Shown: positions 36,181 through 48,624 of the stretch, one piece after another | Layout: each line of letters opens with the position of its first letter | How positions within the stretch are numbered: position 1 is the stretch's first letter | Notes under the pieces: generated by a model | What the model saw: the letters and a program-made list of their open reading frames with translations, nothing else | Database searches by the model: none | Told to the model about the DNA's origin: nothing | Position numbers and translations under genes: made by a program | Assembly (NCBI GenBank): GCA_038087875.1 | Contig: JAXLNO010000087.1 | Location: forward strand, 248,001 to 297,122 | DNA: 49,122 nucleotides | Reading direction: 5' to 3' | Source: Malacoraja senta | Lineage: Eukaryota

Positions 36181-38770
36181 GTATTGAAGACCACCTAGCA
36201 GTAGTAGTGAAGTTGGGGATGGCATCAAACAGGAAATTAGAAATGCGTGCAACAAAGGCAAAACAGTTATAATGGGTGACTTCAATCTACATATAGATTG
36301 GGTGAATCAAATTGGCAGGGGTGCTGAGGAAGAGGATTTCTTGGAATGTATGAGGGATAGTTATCTAAACCAACATGTAGAGGAACCAACGAGAGAGCAG
36401 GCTATTCTAGACTGGGTATTGAGTAATGAGGAAGGGTTAGTTAGCAGACTTGTTGTGCGTGCCCCCTTGGGCAAGAGTGACCATAATATGGTTGAGTTCT
36501 TCATTAGGATGGAGAGTGACATTGTTAATTCAGAAACAACGGTTCTGAACTTAAAGAAAGGTAACTTTGAGGATATGAGACGTGAATTGGCCAAGATTGA
36601 CTGGCAATTAGTTCTAAAAGGGTTGACGGTGGATATGCAATGGAAGGCATTTAAAGACTGCATGGATGAACTACAAAAAATGTTCATCCCAGTTTGGCAA
36701 AAGAATAATTCAGGGAAGGTAGTGCATCCGTGGATAACAAGGGAAATCAGGGATAGTATCAAAGCAAAAGATGTTGCGTACTAATTAGCCAGAAAAAGCA
36801 GCATACCAGAGGACTGGGAGAAATTCAGAGACCAGCAGAGGAGGACAAAGGGCTTAATTAGGAAAGGGAAAATAGATTATGAAAGGAAAATGGCAGGGAA
36901 CATAAAAACTGACTGCAAAAGTTTTTATAGATATGTGAAGAGAAAGAGATTAGTTAAAACAAATGTAGGTCCCTTGCAGTCAGAAACAGGTGAATTGATC
37001 ATGGGGAACAAGGATATGGCGGACCAATTGAATAACTACTTTGGTTCCGTCTTCACTAAGGAAGACATAAATAATCTGCCGGAAATAGCAGGGGGCCGCA
37101 GGTCAAAGGAGATGGAGGAACTGAGTGAAATCCAGGTTAGTCGGGAAGTGGTGTTGGGTAAATTGAATGGATTAAAGGCCGATAAATCACCAGGGCCAGA
37201 TAGGCTGCATCCCAGAGTACTTAAGGAAGTAGCTCCAGAAATAGTGGATGCATTAGTGATAATTTTTCAAAATTCTTTAGATTCTGGAGTAGTTCCTGAG
37301 GATTGGAGGGTAGCAAACGTAACCCCACTTTTTAAGAAGGGAGGGAGAGAGAAAACGAGGAATTACAGACCAGTTAGTCTAACATCGGTAGTGGGGAAAC
37401 TGCTAGAGTCAGTTATTAAAGATGGGATAGCAGCACATTTGGAAAGTGGTGAAATCATTGGACAAAGTCAGCATGGATTTACGAAAGGTAAATCGTGTCT
37501 GACGAATCTTATAGAATTTTTCGAGGATGTAACTAGTAGAGTGGATAGGGGAGAACCAGTGGATGTGTTGTATCTGGACTTTCAGAAGGCTTTCGACAAG
37601 GTACCACATAAGAGATTAGGATACAAGCTTAAATCACACGGTATTGGGGGTTCAGTATTGATGTGGATAGAGAACTGGCTGGCAAACAGGAAGCAAAGAG
37701 TAGGAGTAAACGGGTCCTTTTCACAATGGCAGGCAGTGACTAGTGGGGTACCGCAAGGCTCAGTGCTGGGACCCCAGCTATTTACAATTTATATTAATGA
37801 TCTGGACGAGGGAATTGAAAGCAACATCTCCAAGTTTGCGGATGACACTAAGCTGGGGGGCAGTGTTAGCTGTGAGGAGGATGCTAGGAGACTGCAAGGT
37901 GACTTGGATAGGCTGGGGGAGTGGGCAAATGTTTGGCAGATGCAGTATAATGTGGATAAATGTGAGGTTATCCACTTTGGTGGCAAAAACGGGAAGGCAG
38001 ACTATTATCTAAATGGTGGCCGATTAGGAAATGGGGAGGTGCAGCGAGACCTGGGTGTCATGGTACACCAGTCATTGAAAGTAGGCATGCAGGTGCAGCA
38101 GGCAGTGAAGAAAGCGAATGGTATGTTGGCCTTCATAGCAAGAGGATTTGAGTATAGGAGCAAGGAGGTTCTACTGCAGTTGTACAGGGTCTTGGTGAGA
38201 CCACACCTGGAGTATTGCGTACAGTTTTGGTCTCCAAATCTGAGGAAGGACATTATAGCCATAGAGGGAGTGCAGAGAAGGTTCACCAGACTGATTCCTG
38301 GGATGTCAGGACTTTCATATGAAGAAAGACTGGATAGACTTGGCTTATACTCGCTAGAATTTAGGAGATTGAGAGGGGATCTTATAGAAACGTACAAAAT
38401 TCTTATGGGGTTGGACAGGCTAGATGCAGGAAGATTGTTCCCGATGTTGGGGAAGTCCAGGACAAGGGGTCACAGCTTAAGGATAAGGGGGAAATCCTTT
38501 AAGACCGAGATGAGGAAAAACTTTTTTACACAGAGAGTGGTGAATCTCTGGAACTCTCTGCCATAGAGGGTAGTTGACGCCAGTTCATTGGCTATATTTA
38601 AGAGGGAGTTAGATGTGGCCCTTGTGGCTAAAGGGATCAGGGGGTATGGAGAGAAAGCAGGTACGGGATACTGAGTTGGATGATCAGCCATGATCATATT
38701 GAATGGCGGTGCAGGCTCGAAGGGCCGAATGGCCTACTCCTGCACCTATTTTCTATGTATCTATGTATCT
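36181..38770 (+). mobile_element. CR1 LINE with almost intact ORF2 (APE + RT)
   Basis: Single frame from IMGDFNLHIDW/KSDHNMV through KFADDTKL to the C-terminus, broken only by stops at 36782-36784 and 38564-38566; complete 3'UTR. Confidence 0.95.
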
Positions 38771-39099
38771 ACGTATTGGCCATCAATGGAGGTTGACAAC
38801 AAAATGGCCACCGGGGAAAGAGGAGCGAGAGAGAGAGAGATGGAGAGAGAGCGAGGGAGATGTGGAGAGAGAGCGAGAGGGTGGGAGGGAACGAGGGGAG
38901 AGGAAGAGGAGGGAGAGGGGATGGTGAGGAGGCAATAATCCCCAGACACGCACACATACACCCCCCTCCCTCTCTCTACCCCTTCTCTCCCTATTCTCTC
39001 TCTCTCTCTCTCCCACTTTTACCGTCTATTCTCTCATTTCCCCAAATAGTCATGATCCCCCCTTCCTACTCTCTCTCCCCCCTTCTGCCCCTCCTCGCC

Positions 39100-39540
39100 A
39101 CCGCCATTTTAGCTACTGGCAGCCAGCCATTGAAGTCAATGAGCGTGAAGCCGTAGGCGGCCATATTGGATGCTGGCATTTCCCTGTGGAGCTGCAGGCG
39201 GCCATCTTGTCTACTGGCAGTCTGCCATTGTAGTCCATTGGGAGTGAAGCCCTGGTCGGCCATCTTAGCTACTGGCAGTCTTCCATTGTAGTCAATGGGA
39301 GAGAAGCCCTGGACGGCCATCCTAGCTACTGGCAGCCTTCATTTTTTACCCTGTCTTGCTCCCTCTTTCTTTCTCTTTCTCTCTCTCCCCTTCTCTGGCT
39401 TCCTCTTCTCCTTCTCTTCACTCTCTCTCCTTTATCTTATTTTCCCTCTCTTCTCCAGGTGGCGGCCATCTTTGGTCAGGGCACATTGCAGTCAATGGGA
39501 GGTGATATCGGGGAGGCGGCCATCTTTGGTCAGGGCACGT
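39100..39540. repeat. Tandem ~58-bp units each carrying a GCCATNTT (YY1-like) motif
   Basis: GGCCATCTTAGCTACTGGCAG...CCATTGTAGTCAATGGGA x4-5, plus two GGCGGCCATCTTTGGTCAGGGCAC. Confidence 0.7.
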
Positions 39541-39542
39541 CC

Positions 39543-39876
39543 ATAGGAACATAGACAATAGGTGCAGGAGTAGGCCATTCGGCCCTTCGAGCCTGCACCG
39601 CCATTCAATATGAGCATGGCTGATCATCCAACTCAGTATCCTGTACCTGCTTTCTCTCCATACCCCCTGATCCCTTTAGCCACAAGGGCCACATCTAACT
39701 CCCTCTTAAATATAGCCAATGAACTGGCCTCAATTACCTTCTGTGGCAGAGAATTCCACAGATTCACCACTGTGAAAAATGTTTTTCTCATCTTGGTCCA
39801 AAAAGATTTCCCCTTTATCCTTAAACTGTGACCCCTTGTTCTGGACTTCCCCAACATCGGGAACAATCTTCCTGCA
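39543..39876 (-). mobile_element. CR1 3' end
   Basis: [17 protein letters not shown]...GYGEKAGTGY. Confidence 0.88.
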
Positions 39877-39879
39877 ATT

Positions 39880-40158
39880 GACAATTGAGCCTATTAAGGA
39901 ATTAAAATAGTGGATTAACAATGTCTCTAATGCTTCCAGACAAATTCTGGTAGAAACACCTTCCGTTATTCTACAGACTGATGTAAGTGCTCTAGGATGG
40001 GGCGCAACTAATACTGTTTCCAGCTGTAGAGGTAGATGGAATGTGGAGAAAGTACCTTTGCTTGAAAATCAAGGTATAAATTACCTAGAGCTATTAGGAA
40101 CATTCTATGGGCTTAAAGCTTATTGTTCTAATATGGAAAAATTGCATGTTCAGGTGCA
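39880..40158 (+). mobile_element. DIRS RNase H fragment
   Basis: LQTDVSALGWGA...GRW...GINYLELLGTFYGLKAYC, paralleling the DIRS RNase H region at ~16265-16490. Confidence 0.75.
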
Positions 40159-41800
40159 GACCCTAACTGGGTCCCCTGCTAAGTGCGAGGAATTTACCAC
40201 ATTTTTCACCAGCAAGGTAAAGAATATAAGAATGAATATTTCCCCTCCCACCTGTGACCTGGCTGTCTCATTGGTCTGCTCTTCAAAATTAGACAGTTTC
40301 CAACCCGTTACTCTAACCTCCCTTGTAAAACTGATCACCACCATGAAACCTACTACCTGCCCCCTCGACACTGTCCCCTCTGCCCTCATAAAGGATGTCA
40401 TTACAACAGCTGGTCCCAGCATCCTCGCCATCTTCAACAGCTCTCTGGCCACTGGCACTGTACCTACCTGCTTCAAGCATGCGGTGGTCCAACCACTCCT
40501 GAAAAAACCTAACCTCGACCCTACCTTGCCAAGCAACTACAGACCCATTTCTAAACTGCCTTTCCTCTCAAAAGCCCTTGAAAAGGTAATTTTAAGTGAA
40601 CTTATACCTTACCTTCACCAAAACACTATCTTGGAAACTTCCCAATCAGGTTCAGGGCTCACCATAACATAGAGTCTGCCTTGTTGAAGGTACACAATGA
40701 CCTACTGCTCACCGTTGACTTCGGCGACTGTGCAATTCTGCTCCTCCTTGACCTCAGCGCAGCATTTGATACTGTCGACCACACCATCCTAATTGACCGT
40801 CTCCTGTATGGGGTTGGTATTGATGGCACTGCCCTGTGCTAGTTCATCTCCTACCTCAAAGGTAGGAGTTTCTCGACTAACATAGGCAAATCATTCTCCT
40901 CCCCAGCTAATCTCTGCTGTGGGGTTCCACAAGGTTCCATCCTTGGCCCCATTCTCTTTTCCCTGTATATGCTCCCCTTAGGCCAAGTCATTGAAAGGCA
41001 CGGCATTTCCTTCCATTGCTACGCAGATGATACACAACTCTATCTCCCCCTGAAGCCCAAAAAGTAATCAAATCTGTTTAACCTTACCCACTGCCTCGAG
41101 GATATAAAGTGTTGGATGGCCCAGAACTTCCTCCAACTAAACGAGAGTAAGTCTGAGGTCATCCTTGTCAGCCCCTCGGACTCAATCAAAATGATAGCAG
41201 GCAGCCTTTGGAAGCCTTACCCCACTACTCAAACCTCACGTCAGAAACCTTGGCGTAATATTTGACACAGCACTGAAATTTGACAAACAAGTCAATGCCG
41301 TGGTAAAAGCTAGCTTCTTTCATCTTCGGACGATGGCTAAAATAAAACAATTCCTCCAGTTTGATGACCTGGAAAAGATCATCCACACATTCATCCCCTC
41401 CCGCCTAGATTACTGCAACTCCCTTTACACTGGCATCAGCCAATCTTCCCTGTCCTGCCTGCAACTGGTCCAAAACGCCGCAGCGAGACTCCTGACGGGC
41501 ACCCGAAAAAGGGACCACATCACCCCGATCCTGGCCTCTCTCCACTGGCTCCCTGTGCAGTTCCGTATAAACTTCAAGATCCTCCTCCATGTCTACAAAG
41601 CCCTCAATGAGCTTGCCCCCACCTACATAAAAAGTCTTCTCACCCACCACTCCACCTCCAGGCCCCTCAGATCGACCGACTTGGGGTTGCTGAATATCCC
41701 ACGGTCTAGGCATAAGCTCAGGGGCGACTGCGCCTTTGCGGTTGCAGCCCCTAGACTGTGGAACAGCATCCCCTTTCCCATCAGAACTGCCCCCTCCATC

Positions 41801-42318
41801 TGAAAAAGTTCACTTAAAAGATAGACAAAGTACAAATTCTTAAGACCATACAAAGCTTTAATTTAACGTCTGACGGGTGTGAACTGAGAGACCCAGAGGC
41901 AACAGGTTCTCATGTCTGAATCTCCAGCAGCACACACAAAGAAATACCAGAACACCGAAGCTTATATACGTACCGATATAAAACAATTTGCATGATATAA
42001 TGACAGAAAAACCATCATCCACCTCCAAATATGGAGTTGTTTTTCACTCTTTGCCAAAAGCCAGTTACCCCAATGGAATCCTCTGGGCCCCTTCTTATCT
42101 GATTAACCTCTTCAACTTACATAAAAAACTTGTAAGAGAGCTGCGAACTATTCAACTTACATAAAAAAAGCTTGCAAGAGAGCTGTGAACTTTTCAACTT
42201 AAAGGAAAAAAAACCTGGCATGATAGGAGTTGTCCAAATCCCATCATGCATTACAATTGGCCTTTTACATCAGGAAAGTTTAAATATGACAACAATCAAT
42301 TAATAACTAACTCTTTCA
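41801..42318 (-). repeat. 3' LTR (518 bp)
   Basis: Direct repeat of 46215-46731, preceded on the minus strand by PPT AAAAGGGAGGAA. Minus-strand TATATAAG and ATTAAA signals. Confidence 0.95.
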
Positions 42319-42347
42319 TTCCTCCCTTTTATCATGTAATGATAACA

Positions 42348-42660
42348 CTACAGTCCTTGGTTAGTACATAGTAAAGGCTTCAGACATTTCAGTACATAGA
42401 TTAAGATAATGATCAGCAGTACAATAGATCCATAATGTATTACCATTCCCCATATTCCTCCAAACATACTAAATGGCAACCATTCTACACCTTTATTAAA
42501 GTTATGCATTTCCTCCCCTACCTCTGTAATCTTCTTTATTTCTGCAGTAATATGTGCTGCTAAATCTGTAATGTTAGAAGATTCATCAGGGATGTAAGTA
42601 CAGCATTCACGCCCCATAATAGCACATGTACCCCCTTTCTCTGCCAGAATCTCAGTAAGG
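42348..42660 (-). pseudogene. env: Env TM subunit C-terminal remnant
   Basis: ILAEKGGTCAIMGRECCTYIPD (end of immunosuppressive domain + CX6CC), then heptad region and hydrophobic anchor YGSIVLLIIILIYVL. Confidence 0.88.
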
Positions 42661-43402
42661 TTAAGTGGTATTGTTATGAGGGGTATTCCTTCTCCACCAT
42701 TATATGGGATGAGCGTACACAACCAGCATACATTTATTATTACGAAGGGCAAATTCAAAACTCATAAACAAAAACAGATTATTTCACCAAGTCCAGTCCA
42801 TATGGGCCAACCCCAGAATATAAAAGAGGGTCAATAGCCCCATTGTCCTTTTTTGGTTCTCCGAACTGTTTAAAGTCAATCAGATGAATCCAACGCGGTG
42901 ATCTTCAATCTTCTTGGCGGTTGATGTTGTTGATACCACTTGGTACAGTTCTGTTCAACACAGTTTTAATTCCTTCCGTCCCAATGCCTTATCAGTATGT
43001 AGTCTGACAGTATGAACTCGTCCCTGTGTTCAACTGGTAGTGGTATCTGCACTTCTTGTACCTTAGAATGCAGACCTGGCAAGGCATCGGTTAATTGCTG
43101 TGTATAATAATTAGTTAATCACTGAGGGCCTGTAGGTGAAACTTCCACACGTGAGTCACACCACCAGTGGGTACGTAGCCTGTGGTCACCCTCAGTCCAT
43201 AGCATCCTTCCCACAACTCGCAGTCACCCAGCCCTGCGTCACCTGCAAATCTGCCAATGCCACCATCACATTGCATTACATCGGCATACTCAGTTTCTCG
43301 CAGATCTGATGGCTATCAATGTCCCAAGATAGGCGAGAAATAGCTTCATGTCCATCGCAATCTATCCTAGAAAGGGATTTCTTAAAAGAAAGAAGTTAAC
43401 AT

Positions 43403-43690
43403 TTATCTTTTTGGCACCATACTGACAATCTTACAGTGGTGAAAGTGAACCCACGCATGTCTCCCCTCCACCTTTTCTGCGGTAGGGGTTGTTAGAAGGA
43501 CCTGGTAATGCCCTTCCCACCGAATGTCCCGAATCTTCCTCATCCAATTCCTGATTATTACACAAGTACCAGGTTCAATTTTAGACATAGTGGTTCTATT
43601 GTACATCCTTCAATGCCCTGGTTAATGATAAAATATAATTAGTCATTTCCATTGTCATGTGATGAAAGTGAACAGCCTTTGGAGCATTCT
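43403..43690 (-). pseudogene. pol: Integrase C-terminal remnant
   Basis: MTNYILSLTRALK; IEPGTCVIIRNW...RWEGHYQVLLTTPTAEKVEGRHAWVHFHHCK. Confidence 0.8.
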
Positions 43691-45347
43691 GGTTCCATGT
43701 TGCCCCCAGTGGATGGTCATATAAAATCTCTGCTGAATTCCTTTTATTGTCATTCAAACAATTCAAACAAACAAAAGTTTGAACAGATTTTCGTTCCCTG
43801 TAGTCATAACAGCAAAAACAAAACACACAGTTCCACACAACATCCAGCACAGTGAATCTCCAAACACCTCCTTACTGTGATGGAACGCAAAAGTCCTATT
43901 TCCCTCTCTCCCTTCTTATCTGTTCCACTGGAGAAAGCCTGTCCCAAGAGAAATACAAGCAACATGATATTGTGAAGTATCTCAGCAAGCAATGTAATAT
44001 CAATTAGCTCTTTCATGCCTTGTGTTTCATTTTGGCCAAAAATGTCACACAAAACAATTCAATTCTCACAACACAAAATTTGCACATCAAAATAAAGTCC
44101 ACAATAGACCTACACAACTCAGTATTTAGAACCACAGAAGTTAACAATGTAAAAAAAGTATTTGATTTAAATACTCCAAATCTGAAGAATCTGAGTGTGC
44201 CCCTTTAATTGAAAGCACTGAACCGCATCGGAATTCTCAGAGGAATCCTTATCAGTAGAGAAAAACACACTGTAAAAACAGTCAAACTGCTGCTTCGAGG
44301 TGATCAATGTTAAAGCCCCCAGACATTGCCATGTGTTAAAGGGACACACACAACTATTGTTTCAAACACAAAGCTCTTTAAACATTTATAACAAATAACT
44401 CATTTGCACATTTTTCTCTTAAGTCATGATCCAAAAACACACTCCACATAGCTTCAAAGTGTAACACAGGTATCAAAGTCTTCAAACCTGATTCGTTTTT
44501 TTTTATCACAGCAACAAGAATTTTAAAAACCTATTTACACCAAGGGACCCCATGCATTTCAGTCTCTTAAAGGAACCCATACACATACACAAAAGAATGT
44601 ACAAAAGCCATTTACAAAAGCAGTTCATACTATATTTACTTCAAAGACGTCTCTTTGTAATCTACTTTCCCTTTTTCTGGCAAAACCCTTTTTTTTTTCA
44701 CCAAATACTTGGTTTCAAAAAATTTACAAGAAAGATTTTACAAGCTGCTGCTTTTTTATTAGCTCTGGGAGGACTGAGGTCACAATTGTGGTTATAAAGT
44801 CTTTTAATTGTGAAAGCCTTCTTGTTGAAACAAGAAAATTAAGTTGGAAATAAAACCCGTTACAGCATTTTCCTTCCACCATAAATCTTCACAATGATAG
44901 GCAGCAGGGTAGGATGGTCCAATTCCCTGTCAGTCAGGATCCTGGACTCTGTGATTGGACATGATCCAGATCGTGATTAGTCAGATTTCCCATCACTCAA
45001 AGTCTGGCCACACCCACTGAAGTGGCGACCAATCAGACTCCTATTTTTTCAAAGTCTGACCACACCCAATAAGATATCAAATTCCACAGACAAAGACCCA
45101 CATTCTCATCCGAGGCTTAGCAATGCAAGGTTGCCTGCCATTCTGTTGCTCTGTGCCAAAGGCTATTCAAATCTTGAAGGCAGGTTTGTTTTAACTCTCA
45201 ATGTTGAATTTAATACTGTTTCCCTTCTCCTGCCTCAGTCCTTACTCCCTTCCTTTTCTTCGTCTGCTTTAGTCAGGAAATGTTTAATTCTGTCCGAATT
45301 TCCCCGCCAATTTCCCCTATTTTGCTTTGTCAGAAAAAGGGATCCCA

Positions 45348-45482
45348 TCACCTTTTCTCATTTCCTAACCATGTGGTCAGCTTGTAACTTAACATTCTAA
45401 ATTTCGTATTATACTTAGGATTCAAATAACACATATGTTGGACGGGGGTTCCCCCCTCACTGTTATCCAGAGCATTCCCCAT
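45348..45482 (-). pseudogene. gag: Putative Gag N-terminus, truncated
   Basis: MGNALDNSEGGTPVQHMCYLNPKY... (Met-Gly start) ~700 bp downstream of the PBS; stop after 44 codons. Confidence 0.5.
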
Positions 45483-46195
45483 AGATAGATAGAGAGAAAG
45501 AGAAAGAGAAAGCAGACTTCACTTTCTTTACCTCTTTGATATACGACCCAAGTGTTTCAACAAAGCAGACCCGCTAACCGAGACCCCCGTTTCTCAACCT
45601 GGCAGACTTCTTACTCTTTATTAATTCCGAATCGTTCCAAATATATCAACCAGTCCGACTCGCTACTCGAGACCCCAGTTTCTCAATTTGGCTGATTTTT
45701 TAATATACAACGCCACTTATTTCTCAATCCGACAACTCCCCGGATGTTTCAATAAGCCAGACGCACACCTCACCTCCCGTATCTCAACCCGACAAAACAC
45801 GGATGTCTCAACGAGGCCAATAAGCCCTTAGTAGAGAGAAAAGAAAAAAAACAAAGAGAGATAGACAGAGAGAGAGAAAGAGAAACCACTCACGTCCTTC
45901 TTAACAAGATACACAAGCCCTTCTTAAAAATACAAGCACAAGTCTGTCTTAAAAATACATACACAAAATTCATACGTAAAAATACATACACAATTCACAA
46001 TTGGTCTTACCTTTGTCTATCTCTAAGAACCTCGGCAGGGAACCAACGCAACGTCTGATGAAGGATCACCTATGTTCCCAGGAATGTCAAGGGGTCGGTT
46101 GCAACGGACCGATTAGAGCTCAGTTTTCTCCCTTGCCAAACCCGGTAACATCTGCAACCTCAAGTTCATTCAGCTGTTGATGGTGTCCCAGCGAG

Positions 46196-46213
46196 ACCTG
46201 CGCGACTACGCCA
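46196..46213 (-). other. Primer binding site, tRNA-Ser type
   Basis: TGGCGTAGTCGCGCAGGT 1 nt after the 5' LTR; vertebrate tRNA-Ser 3' end complement is TGGCGTAGTCGGCAGG. Confidence 0.75.
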
Positions 46214-46214
46214 A

Positions 46215-46731
46215 TGAAAAAGTTCACTTAAAAGATAGACAAAGTACAAATTCTTAAGACCATACAAAGCTTTAATTTAACGTCTGACGGGTGTGAACTG
46301 AGAGACCCAGAGGCAACAGGTTCTCACGTCTGAATCTCCAGCAGCACACACAAAGAAATACCAGAACACCGAAGCTTATATACGTACCGATATAAAACAA
46401 TTTGCATGATATAATGACAGAAAAACCATCATCCACCTCCAAATATGGAGTTGTTTTTCACTCTTTGCCAAAAGCCAGTTACCCCAATGGAATCCTCTGG
46501 GCCCCTTCTTATCTGATTAACCTCTTCAACTTACATAAAAAACTTGTAAGAGAGCTGCGAACTATTCAACTTACATAAAAAAGCTTGCAAGAGAGCTGTG
46601 AACTTTTCAACTTAAAGGAAAAAAAACCTGGCATGATAGGAGTTGTCCAAATCCCATCATGCATTACAATTGGCCTTTTACATCAGGAAAGTTTAAATAT
46701 GACAACAATCAATTAATAACTAACTCTTTCA
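46215..46731 (-). repeat. 5' LTR (517 bp)
   Basis: By eye, differs from the 3' LTR by one substitution and one A-run indel. Confidence 0.95.
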
Positions 46732-46934
46732 CATCGACTCTTTTAATTCAAGACTAAAGACTTAACTATACTCCCAAACCTTTCCTGACATCCTCTGAAT
46801 GAGGGCTACATGTATATATGTATGTAGTTTGTTTTGCTTATGCTATTCTTATAACAAATGTAAAGCACTTTGGCCAACGAGAGTTGTTTTTTAAATGTGC
46901 TGTATAAATAATGTGACATGACTTGACTTGACTT

Positions 46935-47709
46935 ATATTATTCAAAAACTAGACTGAGTAAATTCTATCCAAATACTTCTCCCATTTGCGATAAATGTTT
47001 ATCTCAAAATGCCAATATAACACACTCTTTTGTTTCCTGCATAAAACGTTATAAATTCTGGAGCGATATCTTTGAAATGTTTACAAAATTATTCAAGATA
47101 AAAATGGAGCCTAACACTGAAATTATTATATTTGGAGTAACGGAAGACGGGAACAAATTGAACACATTTCAAAATTCATTTTTTAATTATGGGTTAATAA
47201 CAGCAAAAAAACATATACTTAAATTTTGGAAAAATACACCCATACCAACGCTTAAAATGTAGATTTCAAACTTGTTGGACACCGCACATCTTGAAGAAAT
47301 GTGATTCCTCCTAATAGATAAATCAGACCAATTCTTAACGAGTTGGTCTCCATTTGTCGACTTCTTGGAAGCATAAGGTGCAACAAAATCGTAGAAACCC
47401 ACTGTTTCAGGACTGGGTGAGGGATGGTCAAGAATATAAATAACTCTCTCCTATAATCTCCTACTCTCTACTCTTTCTCTTTCCATCTCCTTTTTTTTCT
47501 CCACTTTCCCTCTTTCCCCCCTTTTCCTTTTTACACACCATACATCACACGTTTTTTCTATTTTTTATTATCTATTCTCTCTTTCTCTCTTTTATTATTT
47601 AAACAAGATAAGAAGCTGTACATAAAATGTAACCTGCCAATATATATTAGGCACCTTGGTGCCATATTACTGTACTTACTTCTAATAAAATAAACATATT
47701 AAAAAAAAA
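46935..47709 (+). mobile_element. L1-clade LINE 3' end
   Basis: ICDKC...HSFVSC zinc knuckle, AKKHILKFWK, pyrimidine-rich 3'UTR, AATAAA and poly(A). Confidence 0.8.
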
Positions 47710-48490
47710 GAAACGTACAAAATTGTTTAGGGCTAGATGCAGGAAGATTGTTCCTGATGTTGGGGAAGTCCAGAACAAGGGGTCACAGTTTAAGGGTAAA
47801 GGGGAAATCTTTTAGGACCAAGATGAGAAAAACATTTTTCACACAGAGAGTGGCGAATGTAAGAGCAAAGTATAAGAGCAAAGAGGTCTTTCTGCAGTTG
47901 TACAGAGCCTTAGTGAGACCACACCTGGAGTATTGTGTGCAGTTTTGGTCCCCTCCCCTAATTTGAGGAAGGACATTCTTGCTATTGAGGGACTGCAGCG
48001 TAGGTTTACAAGGTTAATTCCCGGGTTGGCGGGACTGACATATGCTGAGAGAATGGAGCAGCTGGGCTTGTACACTCTGGAGTTTGGAAGGATGAGAGGA
48101 GTTCTCATTGAAACATATAAGATTGTTAAGGGTTTGGACAAGCTAGAGGCAGGAAACATGTTCCCGATATTGGGGGAGTCCAGAACCAGGGGCCACAGTT
48201 TAAGAATAAGGGGTAATCCATTTAGAACGGAGATGAGGAAACACTTTTTCTCACAGAGAGTTGTGAGTCTGCGGAATTCTCTGCCTCAGAGGGCGGTGGA
48301 GGCCGGTTCTCTGGATGCTTTCAAGAGAGAGCTCGTTAGGGCTCTTAAAGATAGTGGAGTCAGGGGATATGAGGAGAAGGCAGGAACGGGGTACTGATTG
48401 GGGATGATCAGGCATGATCACATTGAACGGCGGTGCAGGCTGGAAGGGCCGAATGGCCTGCTCCTGCACCTATTGTCTATTGTCTATTGA
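47710..48490 (+). mobile_element. CR1 3' fragments
   Basis: [17 protein letters not shown]...GYEEKAGTGY and tail. Confidence 0.88.
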
Positions 48491-48624
48491 AGTCTGTGAT
48501 TCATGGACATCACCAGTTGCTGTGTGTCTTCTCTGGTGATGCTCTGCCAGTCACTTCTGATATAAAAGGCACGTTCCATTGGGTTCAGATCGGGTGAAAC
48601 AGCTCAAATGTTTTAAGACGTACA

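Larger units (their letters stand above)
41801..46731 (-). mobile_element. Endogenous retrovirus (class I, gamma/epsilon-like), non-autonomous
   Basis: Two LTRs TG...CA, TSD CATC (41797-41800 / 46732-46735), PBS 46196-46213, PPT 42319-42330, gag/IN/env remnants. Confidence 0.95.
40160..46933 (+). mobile_element. L2-clade LINE (40160-41800 + 46736-46933), split by an ERV
   Basis: [55 protein letters not shown]. Reading TAPSI|DSF resumes after the ERV; (ACTTG)n tail. Confidence 0.9.

Noticed and set aside
40043..40672. RNase H + L2 RT chimeric ORF
   Set aside because: Junction of a DIRS fragment and a 5'-truncated L2 with downstream frameshifts and stops; no support for function.
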